Source of the DNA: Sphagnum compactum
Lineage: Eukaryota
Assembly: GCA_965153455.1 (NCBI GenBank)
Contig: OZ234493.1
Location: 22,744,213-22,808,212 of the forward strand
Direction of reading: 5' to 3'
DNA: 64,000 nt
Shown piece after piece: positions 25,768 to 39,984 of this stretch; within the stretch, counting starts at the first letter, position 1; every line of letters begins with the position of its first letter. A program made the position numbers and the translations under genes. A model generated the notes under the pieces. That model saw only the letters and a program-made list of their open reading frames with translations. It had not been told where the DNA came from and did no database searches.

Positions 25768-27842
25768 ATCATACTTTACAAAACATAATGTATTGTGACT
25801 AATTTGAATAGTCCATTCATTATCCCACATGGAGTTGGGACGAGGTTTAGCAATTGTTGGCATGTGCTAAAGCAGTTGAGAGCCAATGAGAGTATAACAA
25901 AATTATATTTGTGTCAGATTTTGGAGTGCATATTTCATTTTCATTATTCACAGTCCAATATGCTAGTTTTGGTGGAAAACTTCCAACAATGATGTAGGAA
26001 AAATTAATTTCATGGTGCAATGAATATCATTTTTGGAATATGCTATATTTTTAACATCCTTGGATGGGCTAATCATTTATGGGTCACGGTTTGCTTAAGA
26101 GGGCAAAAAATACTATCTTGCAACAATGTTTGGAATAAAATACCATATAAAACAAGGTTATGTGTATGATAATAAACATTTAAACTTACAATCTTGTAAT
26201 ATGGAACAAGCACATCACAAATATGTTGAACTATTTTCATGAATATGAATATATTTAGTATTTTGGTAAGCACCAAATGTTGTCCAATAGAGGAAATACC
26301 TCTTACATGTATATAATTGTTGTAATACAACCATTTTGTTATGAAAAAAAATTATCATTTGATATGTATACACAATATGCATTTTTTGACTACCTTACTG
26401 GCCCAATTACATATGTTGATGAGCCCCTAGGATGATAAAAATGTGCTGAAATTTTACATTTTTTGTCCACATAACAAAATACTTTATTTTTGTGTGAATT
26501 GGGGGGGGGGGGATCAACTCCTAATGTATTTAAGATGATGTATTTTAGTCCCCTATGTATTTTTAAGTAGTCCTCTTAAAATTATAATCATATGGTTTAT
26601 AAAAGGGTACTTTAAAAGTACCTATAAAAATATGACTTCTTTTTATAAAATACCAATAATTTCCATATATTTCAACCCAAAGTCGGTACAATAATGCCTC
26701 ATGTCATATGGTTTTAATGTTGGAAGATCTTAACACATAGAAAATTGTGTAATTCATATGTTTAAGTGGGAAGGTTGATGGATGTGTATGATGGATGAAT
26801 AAAATTTTTCTAGCATTTGAAAATATTGAAAGACTACAATACCTTATAAAAAATTATCCACCCAAGCAAACCATGACCCTTTTGTTTTTATGATTGTTTC
26901 TAATGTGGTTGCAATCTTTAAAAGACCCCAGGTTTATGGATACAATTCTAATCCACCATTTTCACCCATAAATACTTCCAAAAGAAACTAGTTTGTGTGT
27001 TTTGAAACTAGACCCTTATCCATGGGCCAAAATAATTTGCACGTTAGTAAGGAATATTTTGCCACATCACAAAAAGTGAATCCATGTGGCTTGAGAATAT
27101 TCAATGATGTAGCATGGAATATGCTATAAAGATTCTTTGTTGCTCACTTGAGCTTGTTCACCTACTCACCACTGATCGTTCAATGTTTGCTCACTAGTGT
27201 CATTGTTTATATTTTAGGCCTTTTCATAATGCTATAAAATGTGGGATGTACCTACCATATCAAATAAACCATATATGTTGATCCTTCATGAATTTTACTT
27301 ATATATTTATTTTTATGTATCAAAAGTTTATCTTGGCTAATAATTTTTTTTCTAAATCAAACAATTCAAATGATGTGATATTAATGTGTGACCTACTGTG
27401 CATGTAGATACAATTCTTTTGGAACTTGAATATTTCGATTATGATAATGTTAAGCCTTTCAAAATAAATTTCCCTTTATAATAGGTTTAAAAGGTTTAAT
27501 TATTTTTTTAATGTATATAAAATGTAGTTGATATTTGGGACATGGTAAAACATGCCTTAAACATTTAATAAATGTACCATCTGTTTGGATTTCATAAATT
27601 GTTCCCCATGGATGCGGAAGGAGCTACTTTTTACAATATGAAAAATATCATAGTTTTTGCAAAATAAATTGAAAGTAGATTTCTAAAAAAATAATCTACC
27701 ACTTTAACTTTTCAAAAATTCTCCATACCACATTTGATACATTGTTGTAATTGAGAATGTCAATATGACTAGGCATCACCTACTTTCTAATCTACTTGTT
27801 ACACAATTATATTGTTTTACCTTTGAGGACTATTGTTTTGGA

Positions 27843-30800
27843 TTACTTTAACATGCTTTCACTCATAGAGCTAGAATTTATTGTTGCTAATAAAGATTCA
27901 TACTCAACTGTTCTTAGTGGAGTTTCTTTTATAACTTCCATCTCCATTTCATCACCTTGTAACATTGCCACTACTGTAGCCATGGATGGTCTCTTTGAAG
28001 CTGTGGATTGCACACATAAAAGCCCAATGTTGATGACATGTATTATGTCCTTTTCATGGTTGTGGGTATTCACTTTTGGGTCCACTATCTCCAAAAGCTT
28101 GGCCTCTTCATATAATTTCCAAACCTAATTCATGATGAAAATACCAACATATAATACATATTTGAGGAATGGTAATCTATGGATCATTATTGACACTTTA
28201 AACTATAAAATTGGAAACACATGTAATAATCATAACTAGAGAAGAATGTTGTCCAATTCATGCAAGATGAAAGTTCCAATCAAGTGATCATTCAAGATCT
28301 TTAGGGATTAGGTCGGACTTCAATATCATATATTCACCATATTACTACATTATTATGTAACTTCCATTTTGAATTCCATGTTATTTATTCATCTTGATGT
28401 TGTTTATAAGTTTGACATATGTTTCCACAATCTTAAATATTGTTGAATCTTGTACATTTGCCACAATGACTCCATTTGTTAAAAGAATAGGTTATGAAAT
28501 TGCTTACCCATTCAAGAAGATATGCTTGATCTTCATTTAAGTTGGGCTCAATATTCTTCCTTCCACTCACAATCTCTAGTACTAGAACCCCAAAGCTAAA
28601 CACATCAACCTTCTCACTTAGTTGGCCACGAGAAGCATATTCTGGTGCCACATAACCCCTGCATGCAATTGAAAAACTCCAAGTTCATGAATGAGTTTGT
28701 GTTTAGATTTGGTTTCACATTCAAAAACATTTCATGAAAAGGTCTATGCATTTATTTTAAATTAGAAGTTGGCTTACCAAACCATGAAAGGAAAACAATA
28801 TATTATTTTGATATTAGATGTCTTTGCATAAGTATTATCTTTGACAAATGGGGATCTACAAATTTATGTAACAATTTATGGACATATATTGAATCTATCT
28901 TAAATAGTTAAAGTTTAGTCATAAACTAACTTGTCCATGTTGTGTTCAAAATTTGAGGTCAATATAAAAAACTAGATGGTACACTCCATATGAAATGTAT
29001 GACATGTGTAAATACTACTTACATAGTCCCAGCAATGTGGAAAGTACTAATATGGGTGCCCGTGTCTGGAAAAAGTCGGGCCAACCCAAAATCAGCAATC
29101 TTGGCATTAAAATGTTTGTCCAACAAAATATTAGGTGCTTTGATATCTCGATGTATAATGCGGGGTTGAACATCTTCGTGAAGATAGGTGAGGCCCCGAG
29201 CAACTCCCAAACATATGTTTTTTCGCATTGGCCAATCCACATTATGTCCTCCTTTATTCTCTATTTTGGAAGGAGAAAACTTCAAGAATTATATCACCCA
29301 ATCTAAAGCTTCAAAAATAAATAAATTATGATATAAATTTAATAATTATTGAATCACAACATGTAAATAATATGTTAATTTGCATAGACGTATTTTAGAT
29401 AATGACAAATCATCTTGGTGAAATTATATATATGTGTATATATATATATGAAATTAAAAGAGCCTTTAAATATCTAAATAAAGTTTTGCAAGTCTTGTCC
29501 ATTTTCAACATGATTTGACATTTATGTTCTTACTCCATTTCAATTATGTTATAGGTCAAAGAATTTACCGAAAATAGTTTCTGCCAAATTGTTGTTGTCT
29601 ACAAATTCATACACAAGGAGTCTTTTGTTTGCACCTCCTCCACCCATGAAACAACAACCCTTGAGTTTAACAAGATTTTTGTGTTTCACATTTGTAATGA
29701 GCACAACTTCATTAAGGAATTCATCAATGCTTTGTTGTGAATTTGTTAATAGACATTTCACAGCAATTTCACCCCCACCTTGTAGTATTCCCTGCAAGGT
29801 CAAAAAATATGATTAGTTTTAACAACCATTCATTATTCAAGGTGACTAGTGCATCAATATATAGCCAAAAACAACAATGAAAGAATAATGTACACATACC
29901 TTATAAACAACTCCAAAGGCTCCTTGGCCTATTTTCATGTTAGGGTGGAAGTCTTGAGTGGCTATTTTGATATCATGATATGCATACAATGTGGGTTGCA
30001 CATCTTGTTTTGCAAATTCTGAATCCAATACATGCAACTTTAATATAAGTTTCATGATTATTTTAAATATTTTTCATAAACCTATTAGATAAAACAGGAA
30101 TAGGAAAAACCTTAAATTAGTTGTATATTTCTAGCCCATAATGTAATATTTGAACATGCGAAAAGAAACATTTAGTCTATTGATAAACTTGATTAAATTT
30201 ATTTTTTCATATTGTAAGCTCATGAATATGAAAAAACATTCAACAATATCAATTGAAAGAATCTGAATCATTTCATGTTACCTTCTTGGATTTGAAGTAG
30301 CAAAGAATATTTTTCCTTTCGTGCTGACCAATATAAGAAAAATAAAACCATTGCTATCAAAAAAGTTACCACTGTCACTAGCACTATAATTTTTATCACA
30401 TTTGTATGTGAGTCATTGCCTGAAGGACAAATTCGTAAACCATGTGTTAATGACTAATTCATGATGAATTATAACTAGTTAAATCACAATATAATAATAT
30501 GAGACCTATACTAATTAATTGATAAGGTGCCATAATTTTCCTTCATAATCAAGTAGAAAATTTGATGCATAAGTAACCCCAAGTCTATTTAAACAACAAG
30601 GAACAACACACAATTTTTTTTCAAAAGATTGAAATATGGGTAGATCAAGTAAAAAAACTTGCTGTTTGGTTGTGGCGGGGTACTATGGCAAAAGTAGTAG
30701 ATTTCAGCATAAGTCGTCAACCCAGACATATCATTCCAAATGTTGTCACAACAAGGGTTGTTTCCAAGCCTGTCAATATGTTCCATTTGTTTAGTTGTGA

Positions 30801-33800
30801 CAATATTTGGTAACACATTTATTCCATAGTGAAATTATAAAAGTTTGAAATAATGTATGTAATTAATAATGTATGTAGTTAAATAGTGAACATATATAGT
30901 AGTTGAATATCTTTTAATGAAATGAAAAGTAAGGTGCATATTGCAAAATGGAACTCACATGATAGAAAGTCCACTAGAGACCAAATTTGAGATATTGGAA
31001 TATAATAAAAAACTTGTGAAATTTGGTCCCATATTATTCCTTGTGAGGTTTATTAAATTCAATGGTCCATTTATATTGATGTTCCTCAAATCAAGGAATC
31101 CAGTGATGTTGTTTTGGTCAAGCCTTCTGCAAATGCCATTCAGATTCACATATTGAACTAAATTAGTTAAATATAATTTTTAACATGTATTGTAACATAT
31201 AACATTGGAAATGATGAATAATTTCAAAAAAGGTTTCATACACATATTATACAAATATATTCTTAATATCCTTTTGATCATAAACATGGTAAACTTGGAT
31301 GGAATGATTTTTTTGAATTAAAAATACATTGAGAATAATTGATATCAATAAAAATTTGTGATTTCCATTGTCCATGTCAACACAATTGGTTGATTTTATG
31401 GTTCAGATGGCCATTGACATGATATCAACTTTCATTAACCATATGGCAACATGTTAAAAGGGACTATGATAATGCTCACAAGGTTTGTAATGACGGGAAC
31501 CCTTCAAGAAGAAAACCAAGTTCAATAAAACCATTGTGCAACACATTTGCCAACAACTGTGGAGATATGTTTGCCAACCCTCTGCATGCCAATTCATAAT
31601 TAACATAAAGATCTTGTACATTTTTCCTCACTTTTCTTTTCATGATGATCTATATAATAGTTGGTATTTAGAAGCATTAGGGTGTAGTTATCTTTTAAAT
31701 GATATACACATTTTGAAGTTTTCACATTTGTCCAACTATCCATAATGGTATAAGGAGACTCTTGTACTTGGTTATGCTGAAAACAAATACTGCATATTAT
31801 TATATTTTAAAATATTGTAAAATCTTAACTTTTAATTTTGAATGAAATATTGACCATACATAAAATGCATATATACGTTCCTAGGAGCAATGAAACCACA
31901 TGTTTAATTAATATTTTTATTTGACATCCTCCACTTTCTACAAAGGAATATGACCAAAAAAAAATTTATTACAATAAAAAAACAAAAAAGATTCAATTTG
32001 AAATTGGTGTCAAAACTTGATGTGGATACTCACAACGTTTTTAGATGTGTAAAGTTGGAAAACCAAGATTGGGAAAATGTACTTGGATCAAAAAGGTTAT
32101 TGCTCAAATCCCTACATGTTGCAAATAATCAATCATTCAATGGTTTGCTTAAAAAAACCTTGAAATAGATTAGTGAGAGTTAAACCCTAATGAAAAGACA
32201 AATTTTGAGTCTGACCCCATGTCATAATTGAAAGAACCTATAAGATAATAAATTACATACATTAAACATGCGTTCATTAACTTTTGTTTTAATCTTGTAC
32301 TAAATTAATTGAATCTTGTAGTTCTTGTGGTCAAAAGCAAAGACTACTCAACAAACCTACGTATCCCACATGCATTGAGCTTTCCCAAACTATTTGGGGG
32401 CTTAGAGTAAGGACTTTTGTAACTATTGTAAACCATTCAAACTTTTACCATAGAAAAATGAAATTTTTATTGTAATTTAACAATTACAACCATAATGTAG
32501 AAAAACAAGTCTCGAATATGCAAATATAACTTTTTAAAACATCAAATTAAGTTATAGTGGAAGTCTCTTAGGTCATTAAAAATAAACATGTGAAGTTCAT
32601 TTGAGTATTTTAGGACACCATTTTGATGCCTGTTTCATATAACTAACACATAATTTTAGAAATTTGGGATGGATTTTTAACATTTTAATGTTTAACACGA
32701 AATTGCTTTTGAGGTCTTCTTAAGGTTCAAAATTTTCCATCATTTATAACCATTTTAATAACTTTACTAGGTTTAGTGTTAAAGTGCCATAAGTTTGTTG
32801 AAGTTCAAAGAGGTAAGAGAAAGGAAGCTCACAAATGTTGCAATGAATTTGAGTAGATGTTCACATTGGGGAGAGCACCGGTGAAAGAATTGAATGACAA
32901 ATCCAAAATACCAAGAGGAGATGTTGAATTGAAAATTGAATTGATCGACACATTCCCGCTCAAGTTGTTGAAACTAAAATTCCTGAACAATTTCCTCACA
33001 CATGTTATAAGTTTGATAATTTAAGTATCCTTCCATTTAGTTGGTTACAAATTATATAGCAAATATCGTATTTTGGAATGTTGAAGTTTTCAATGTTCAC
33101 AATGGTCAATGTAAAAAATAGTGTCATCTAAAATTAACACAACCAATGTTGCATGATCAAAGATCATTCAATTAGAGTAAAATGCAAACTCCAAATATAA
33201 ACCAAGTAAACCAATTGCCATGTTGACTTTGGTTAACAATGCACTCACGATACTAAAAGATTGTATGCACTTTGAAGATTGGGTAGTCCTCCACTTAACA
33301 AATTTTCTTGCAATGTCCTGCATTGTAGGAAGACAAGCTATGAGATTCACTAGCTTAATAAGATGGCGAATTCATATGATTGAAAAAAATTGGGTATCAA
33401 CAAGGACCCTTCCACCATGACATGTATATGAGACCAAAGTTTGTTTCAATTCCTACAATACCCATTTATCCCCTAACCTAACTTGACCATTCCTTTTCTT
33501 GTGAGACATTTTCCTATGACAAATATAGTTTGAAATTGGGAAAGTTCATTTATGATGGTTTTGATTGATACATGAGATTCTTAGGTACATTTGGATGCAC
33601 ATGAAAATCTTAAAATCATTAGGCCCTAAAGATGAGATTATACATTGCCACTCACAATGTCATCAGACTTGTCAAATTATCAAGACCAAGATTGTAACTA
33701 TTTGTTGATGAAACTGGAATTGTTCCTGTGAGACGATTGTTGTGCAACTTCAATGTTTGTAACCAGCTTATATTTCCCAGTTGTGGAGGGATTGACCCAG

Positions 33801-36800
33801 TCAACTCATTGCCACTCAAATTTCTGATAAAATAAAAAGAAATTGTTAGGACAACAAACCATGTGAAGCTCATTAACTAAAAATACCAACCTATTGTCGA
33901 TTTGTCACCTCATATCCTACACAAATTGTGAATAATTGGCCTTCATTATCATCAAATGACCTCTCAAAAAAGGGGAGGAAGGCCAAAAAAATGGAAGTAT
34001 AAGAAAATGGGCACTTCTATTGAGCATCATTAGCTCCTTATAAAACAACTAATAACATTATTTTTAGTGAAGGATGCAAGATTTTGAATTTGAAATCAAT
34101 TTGCTGCTTCAACTAGGCTCTGGAGTCAAAGGGGAAAAAAATGGAAGGATTATGATCTTTGTAGTACAAGGAATATGTTTCCATTGTTTAGACAAGTGAA
34201 GTATAGACCATAATATATACTTGGCAAATTGTATTTGATTTCCTCTTTTTTTGAAACGCATTAATCTACCATGGAACATATATCATTGCTTGTACATTTA
34301 GACTCCGGAAGATTACCAATCAAAGTCAAATGTATTGGGTGTTCGCTTGAAACCATACTTACAGTTGTCCCAAATCTTGCAAATATCCCAATGTGATAGG
34401 AATGCTCCCATTAAAAGCATTATCATGTAGATCCCTGCCATCGTATTGCAATAGCGGTGGTGAGTCTTTAGATTAAGGAGATTTCTCTCACTGTATGCAG
34501 GAGAAAAACTCATGGTTATTTCTATGAATATGAGTTGTAGTTGTCAACATAACTTGCTTGGGAATTTTGCAATTTTCCATGGGTACAATGGTTCTTACAA
34601 GAGTGACAGTCGTGCAATACTTCCCAACTCCTCTGGAATGGGGCCTCCAAGGTTCCGATTCCCTACCAGGGCTCTGCAAACAACACAACAATGTGAAAAT
34701 TCATTCAATCACCTTGTGATTTCAGGAAAATGCCACTTTATAAAACATCAATGGGCTTTCTTCCAAGGTCTAAAAATTGTTACTACCTAGTGAGTAGCTT
34801 GCAATGACTAGCCACAAATTTCCAAAAATTTCAAATCTAAGTATCATCAACCATTGCACACAATGTAACTCATGACTGTGTCATGAATACTACTTGGCAA
34901 ATTTGTGTAGAGCCAAAGTAAGGTGCTAGGACGAGGTGATACTAGAATCCAACCCCACATTTTGGGAATGTCCCCCACCCATCATAAGCACAAGGCAATT
35001 GTTATCATTAACCTAAACATATGTAGATCATGAGATGTAGGAGGGGGAGGGTCCTTACTCCTACTCCTTAAGAGTGGGTGGGATCTTACACCTATTCATA
35101 AGTAGGCTCATTAATTCCCTTTCCTTTTCAAGGAGGATATTTCTTACATATAAGGCAATTTCCAAATACACTAGGAAATTTCTTTGAATGCTTAAGTATC
35201 AATGGTCCATAATCCCTAAGATTAGGATCACATAAGGATCCAACGAGTAAGGAAAAACGTACAAGCCTAGTAGATTGGAAAGATTCCCAATGGCAGGGGG
35301 CAGGCCACCTTGAAGTCCTCTACTTGATAATTCTCTGCACCATAATCATGGAAGGTTGCTAATTAGTAGTAAGTGCTAGAGATTTTTGTTCTGTTTTATT
35401 AACATTGATCTTCACATAACAGCAAGCACAGGAAAATAAATCACTATATCGGACATTATTGGAGCAAGAGACTGGGCATTCAAGGGGAATTGGTGGAAAA
35501 TAGCTCCAATAACACTACAGAAAACTTGATGGTAGGTAGTTTGGGCAACCAGCAAGCTTGGAAAATACTCAGAATTCATTCATGCAGTGGCAACATAGTA
35601 TGGAATGGTCAAGCCCCTGCTCATTATGTTGGGTAAGGTGTCACGTGAGCCCCATAGAGTGAGCCAGGTGACACACCCACCATAATGGGCGAGACCATTC
35701 CATGACATTAAGCTCTGGGGTGGCAGATTCAAAAATTATAAGGAAATTCATGTTCAACAGATACATTCTGGTCACTGGAAGATTCTGTCATATATTGTGG
35801 TCAAGAAAGTGACATGATCTGTCAGCCCAGAACTTAATGAGATATTTAATGCTTGTTAGAGGGCAGGTTTGAAGTAGGGTCCTTACATATAGCCTACAGA
35901 TACAACTAAATATATAGTGCCATTATACATGTTTTCAAAGGTATAGCAAGCAACCCCTTGCCAATCAATATCCTCAAAGCAAGGATAATTGAGGCCGGGC
36001 TTGCTGCTCCAATCCGGCAAATTGTAAGAAAATAAATTATTTCCAGTGTTGCTCCAATGTGCCAATAGACTTTGCATAGCATCCACTGCACCAAAACACA
36101 AAAGTTGTGTATAAGCTTCTGAGAAAACAAGCAGCTAATCACAGAATGACTCCACCCTCTAGGTGGTTCAGACGTCACACTAAAAACTTTCCTTGCTGGG
36201 TCTAGAACTTCTTGTATAGATGCACGCACTTCAATGGAACATGCCCCATCCATCATATACACACATAGGTAGTACTCCAGATGGCACTCAGACATTGGGT
36301 CAAGTTCAATCCTAAATTTTATGCCTGAATATGATACCAATGTGTTTCCTATGGGGGAGAGCCCAAAACTTCCTACTAGTCACAGCAAAAACTTCTTTTG
36401 TCAATCTAGTTACAAGTATGCCACTAGTGCCTATTACAGGCTTTGTAAACCATTTTGTAAGAAATCTTACCTCCTGACCACTTCACAGGATTCATTATAC
36501 GTCCAAGACTTATCTGGGCCTATATTTCTAATATATTCTTTGAAACAATGGAAAAGGAAATCATTGTACAAAGAACAAAGCACAACTAATGTGCTATAAC
36601 CCTGTCTGTACAAAACTAATTCAGACCAGCAAATCCAGCAATTCCAAGGATGTTTATTTTGATGGCAAAAATTTATCAGATTTCAATTTTTAAAACCATC
36701 ATATTTTTACCATATGCTCCAAGGCAGCCACAAGATAGAAGGATTTCTCAAAGATTCTAGTAGCAAATTTCCACTGTTGCCAAATCTGGTTAAACCTTGT

Positions 36801-37198
36801 AGTTAATGCTCTCCAGTTTACATTATTGTTGATTTAATAACTGATCATGTACATCTCGATTCGACATCAGCAAATAGTGTATGAAAAAAACCCATACCCT
36901 CTTTTGTCTCATAGTAGTACCAAGATCTGTCAATAAGCGTGGCATTCCAGCCAGGAAGATCGGCTAGTGGAATCGGTAAGGGGGGTATTGTGTTGGCAGG
37001 GGCAGGGGCAGGGGCGAGCGCGGAAGTAAGACGTGAGCAGAACAAGCTCAAGAAGGTCCAAAACAGCAAAGCATACTTGATAACACGGCCGCTTGTGAAG
37101 CTGCAACCATAAGTAACAAGACGAAGCTGCTGAAGTCTACAGACCAAGAGCAATTGAGGAGTGTTGCACTCGTCCTTGAAGCCACGACAACTGCCCAT
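27843..37198 (-). CDS. Leucine-rich-repeat receptor-like Ser/Thr kinase (LRR-VIII-like kinase domain, RD type), ~903 aa
   Basis: Exons (minus): 37198-36898, 36085-35887, 35334-35263, 34673-34599, 34434-34363, 33823-33656, 33317-33249, 32982-32833, 32111-32034, 31581-31480, 31126-30959, 30769-30663, 30419-30282, 30018-29900, 29791-29569, 29260-29023, 28658-28508, 28124-27843. Frame is continuous. Typical ~72-nt phase-2 LRR exons ([22 protein letters not shown]), LGNNPCC cap and TM segment [21 protein letters not shown]. Kinase motifs [42 protein letters not shown] and DVFSFGVL. Confidence 0.9.
35600..35703. other. Long imperfect hairpin in intron 2 of the LRR-RLK gene
   Basis: Nested pairings atggaatggtc/gaccattccat, gctcattatg/cataatgggc, tgggt/accca and gtgtcac/gtgacac. 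Confidence 0.7.
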
Positions 37199-38551
37199 GA
37201 TTCTAGGACTGCGATGTATCGTCTGGTTTGGAGCCTCAGCTTGGTGCCAGGTGCTGAATATTTGGCAGTCGAATGGGTTGAGAGTTGAATTCCTTTCGCG
37301 TCAAGCTAGTGCTTCATGTGTGCAACAAAGTTCTCAGCCAATTCATACACAGGTGCTGCTATGAAGCTGATGAGACAAAGGGAGAAGGATTGCACAATCA
37401 ATGACCACGTGATGGGTCCACGTGCATGTTGCGTATTTGCAGTAAACTCCGGCGACTTTGTACACCATCCTCGTCGTATTATCTTCGTCCCTTGTAATCT
37501 GTGGATATCCTACCGCCCCACCCGGGACCTTCACACCGCCAAACCTACAGCAATAGGCCTCCTTTTTAGATGGCCATGTTTGTCAATACCTATCCATAAA
37601 GCACTGGCACTTTTCTTCAATTGTATTTTCAGGTTGCTCCCCAGCTTGAATCTGTCTTATTTGACTTTCTGAGACTTACCTCTGTTTTATTCGATTCAGT
37701 TTTATGAGTAATCACTTTCAAGAACAAAATTAAAATATAGTTGCCTTACATAAGGGAATATCTCAACAAAGATTTACAGGTCTTTAATAATATCTCGCTG
37801 TGAGGACCTTCTAAATTTGTAACTTCTCTTGACTTTTCGATTTCAAAGATCTCAAGTTTGAAAGTCCCCCCCCCCATAGCACAACCTTCTCCTATATCAA
37901 AAATGTTGTTTTTGACGAGAGACAACCCCCCTTAAATCGAGCATTGTCCAGCACCCTTTCTGGGCCTGACAGTGCAGCCCTCCGCAGAACTGTGTGGCTC
38001 TTACGCTACGCACATGATGAGGTTTCCCCAGCAGAGCTGAGTCGCAATGCTCGCTGGGGAAATGGTGGCGTGGTGGCTGAGCGGTGGCGCTGACGTGCAA
38101 GGTCAGTCCATCGCTCAGCTACCCTGCCCCTTGTTTTTTTCTTTTTCTTTTTCAAGCCCCTACCTGGGATACCCGCATCTTTTGGGTTTTTTTGGGTTGG
38201 ATCAAGCACATGGGCATGTGGTGGGAGCTTGATATTTTTTAATTTTCTTTTCTTTTGTCTCCCATTTATTAAACCATGTGGGCATGTGGGACTTTCTTTT
38301 TGTCCCCCATTGGTGGAAGAAAAAATTATAGTCATTCACCCCAACCTAAGTTAAGTTAAATTCATACTTTTTTCAAATTTTGTTTCTAACCATAAGTTTA
38401 ACCAATTGTTTCTAGCCAATTAATCATTTAACAAGGATCATTTTTTTTCTTTTGATTAACAATTAGGGTTTGAAGCTCACAAATTTCAATCCTTTGTATT
38501 TTGAGCCCAAATTTTACAAACCTTGTTTTTGAGACCTTGTGAGAAAAAACC

Positions 38552-39860
38552 ATGGCTCAAGATGACACAATACTTATGTTTGTAATTTTTTTGGTGCTCT
38601 TTGTCAACATTCATCCCCCAAAGCTTATTCAAGTCCTCCCCATGCCAGTGGTCAATTTAGAAAAGTCTTTGTTGGAGTGGTTCATGCCATACTTTTTATT
38701 GCTTACTTGGAGAAACAAAGTAAGGAATAGGATGTGGTGGGTTGAACCTCGGCAAAAAATACATTTTGATGTTATTGAAGGCGATGTCTGGCATTGTACA
38801 TCAAAATGTTTGATAGGAAATACCTTCAATCTTATAGGATGACATTCTTACCATTTGAGTATTTATTATAAGAGCTAACACTTCTTATTTGTCCATCTAC
38901 AACTCAATTTGTTAAAACACCTATCCCTCTAAGAAAAGCTATGAAAATGGTTTTATATCGATTAGCACATGGAATTTTTCCTGAGAAAATGAATGCGTTG
39001 TACGGTCTAGGTGCATTTACAATTAGGAAATATACCTACATTGTATGTGATGTTTTGTTTAATGGTGACAAGTTGTTTTTAATTTATGTTCACACTCCTG
39101 TTAAAGATCAATTGTTCCATATCATTGAGTGATTTCATGACATCACAAGTCTGTAGCAAATTTGTGGTGTGATTGATGGTACACACATTCCTTTAAGTGC
39201 GAAACCAAATAAGCAAATCACATCTTCTACTACGGTTTTTTATAATAGGAAACGCTTTCACAATATAATGTTTCAAGTTGTGTGTGATTATGATATGTTT
39301 TTTTGGAATGCATGTGCTAGTCAACCAGGTGGAGTAGCAAACGGAGGACAATTCAAAATGTCAAGTTTGTATTGTTCTCTTTGATTAAAACAAATTTTGC
39401 AAAAACCAGTTGTTACTATTGAAGGCGTGCATATTCAACCTTACCTACTTGGGGATGCAACATATCCTATTCAGCCATATCTATTAAAAGGTTACAAACC
39501 TCAAAATAATGATATGGTAGATTTGATCCGATTTGATCAATTTATGAACAAAGGTCATGTTCTGATTGAAAATGCATTTGGAACTTTAAAGAATCGATGG
39601 AGGATTCTCAAAAATTTTAATGCTCAAGCTAATCAAACCCTTATGATTACTTTGGCATGTTGTAGGTTGCATAATTTTTGTCAATGGCAAGGTATGCCAA
39701 AACTAATGGTTTGTGATGTTCGAACACGAGGAGATCCTTTCGTGGGTTTTGCTGGTATGCGTATATCAGTTCCACAAGAAGGTGAAAAAATTAAGGTTGT
39801 TGTTGAGGAGATGTGAAATGCATTATTTAAATCCTAGATATAATGTAATGTTGTTGAGTA
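38552..39860 (+). pseudogene. PIF/Harbinger (HARBI1-like) transposase pseudogene
   Basis: Motifs LYRLAHG, IDGTHIPL, FYNRKRFH..MFQVVCD, LLGDATYPIQPYLLK, IENAFGTLKNRWRIL and CC.LHNFC. In-frame stops near 39130, 39154 and 39382, plus frameshifts. Confidence 0.85.
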
Positions 39861-39984
39861 GATTCACATTTTGTTGTTTTATGTAAAACACATCATTCAA
39901 TAAATAAAACTCATGTTTTATTGAAACTTATGTTTCATACAGCAATTGCACTTTGTATGAATATTGTATTCATGCAAAATATAG

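Larger units (their letters stand above)
21860..25890 (+). pseudogene. Decayed SWIM zinc-finger-encoding transposon ORF, superfamily uncertain, split by two nested insertions
   Basis: Fragments at 22211-22475 and 24600-25890. Removing the 25631-25767 insert restores IGNHPCC.(C)IYF...GKHGAWVQCKHMYHTLQNIMYC, a SWIM-like C..C...CKH signature. Multiple stops. Element ends not identified. Confidence 0.55.

Noticed and set aside
30282-30419. Suspected frameshift in the RLK transmembrane exon
   Set aside because: A recount gives 138 nt with phase 1 in and out, so the frame is intact.
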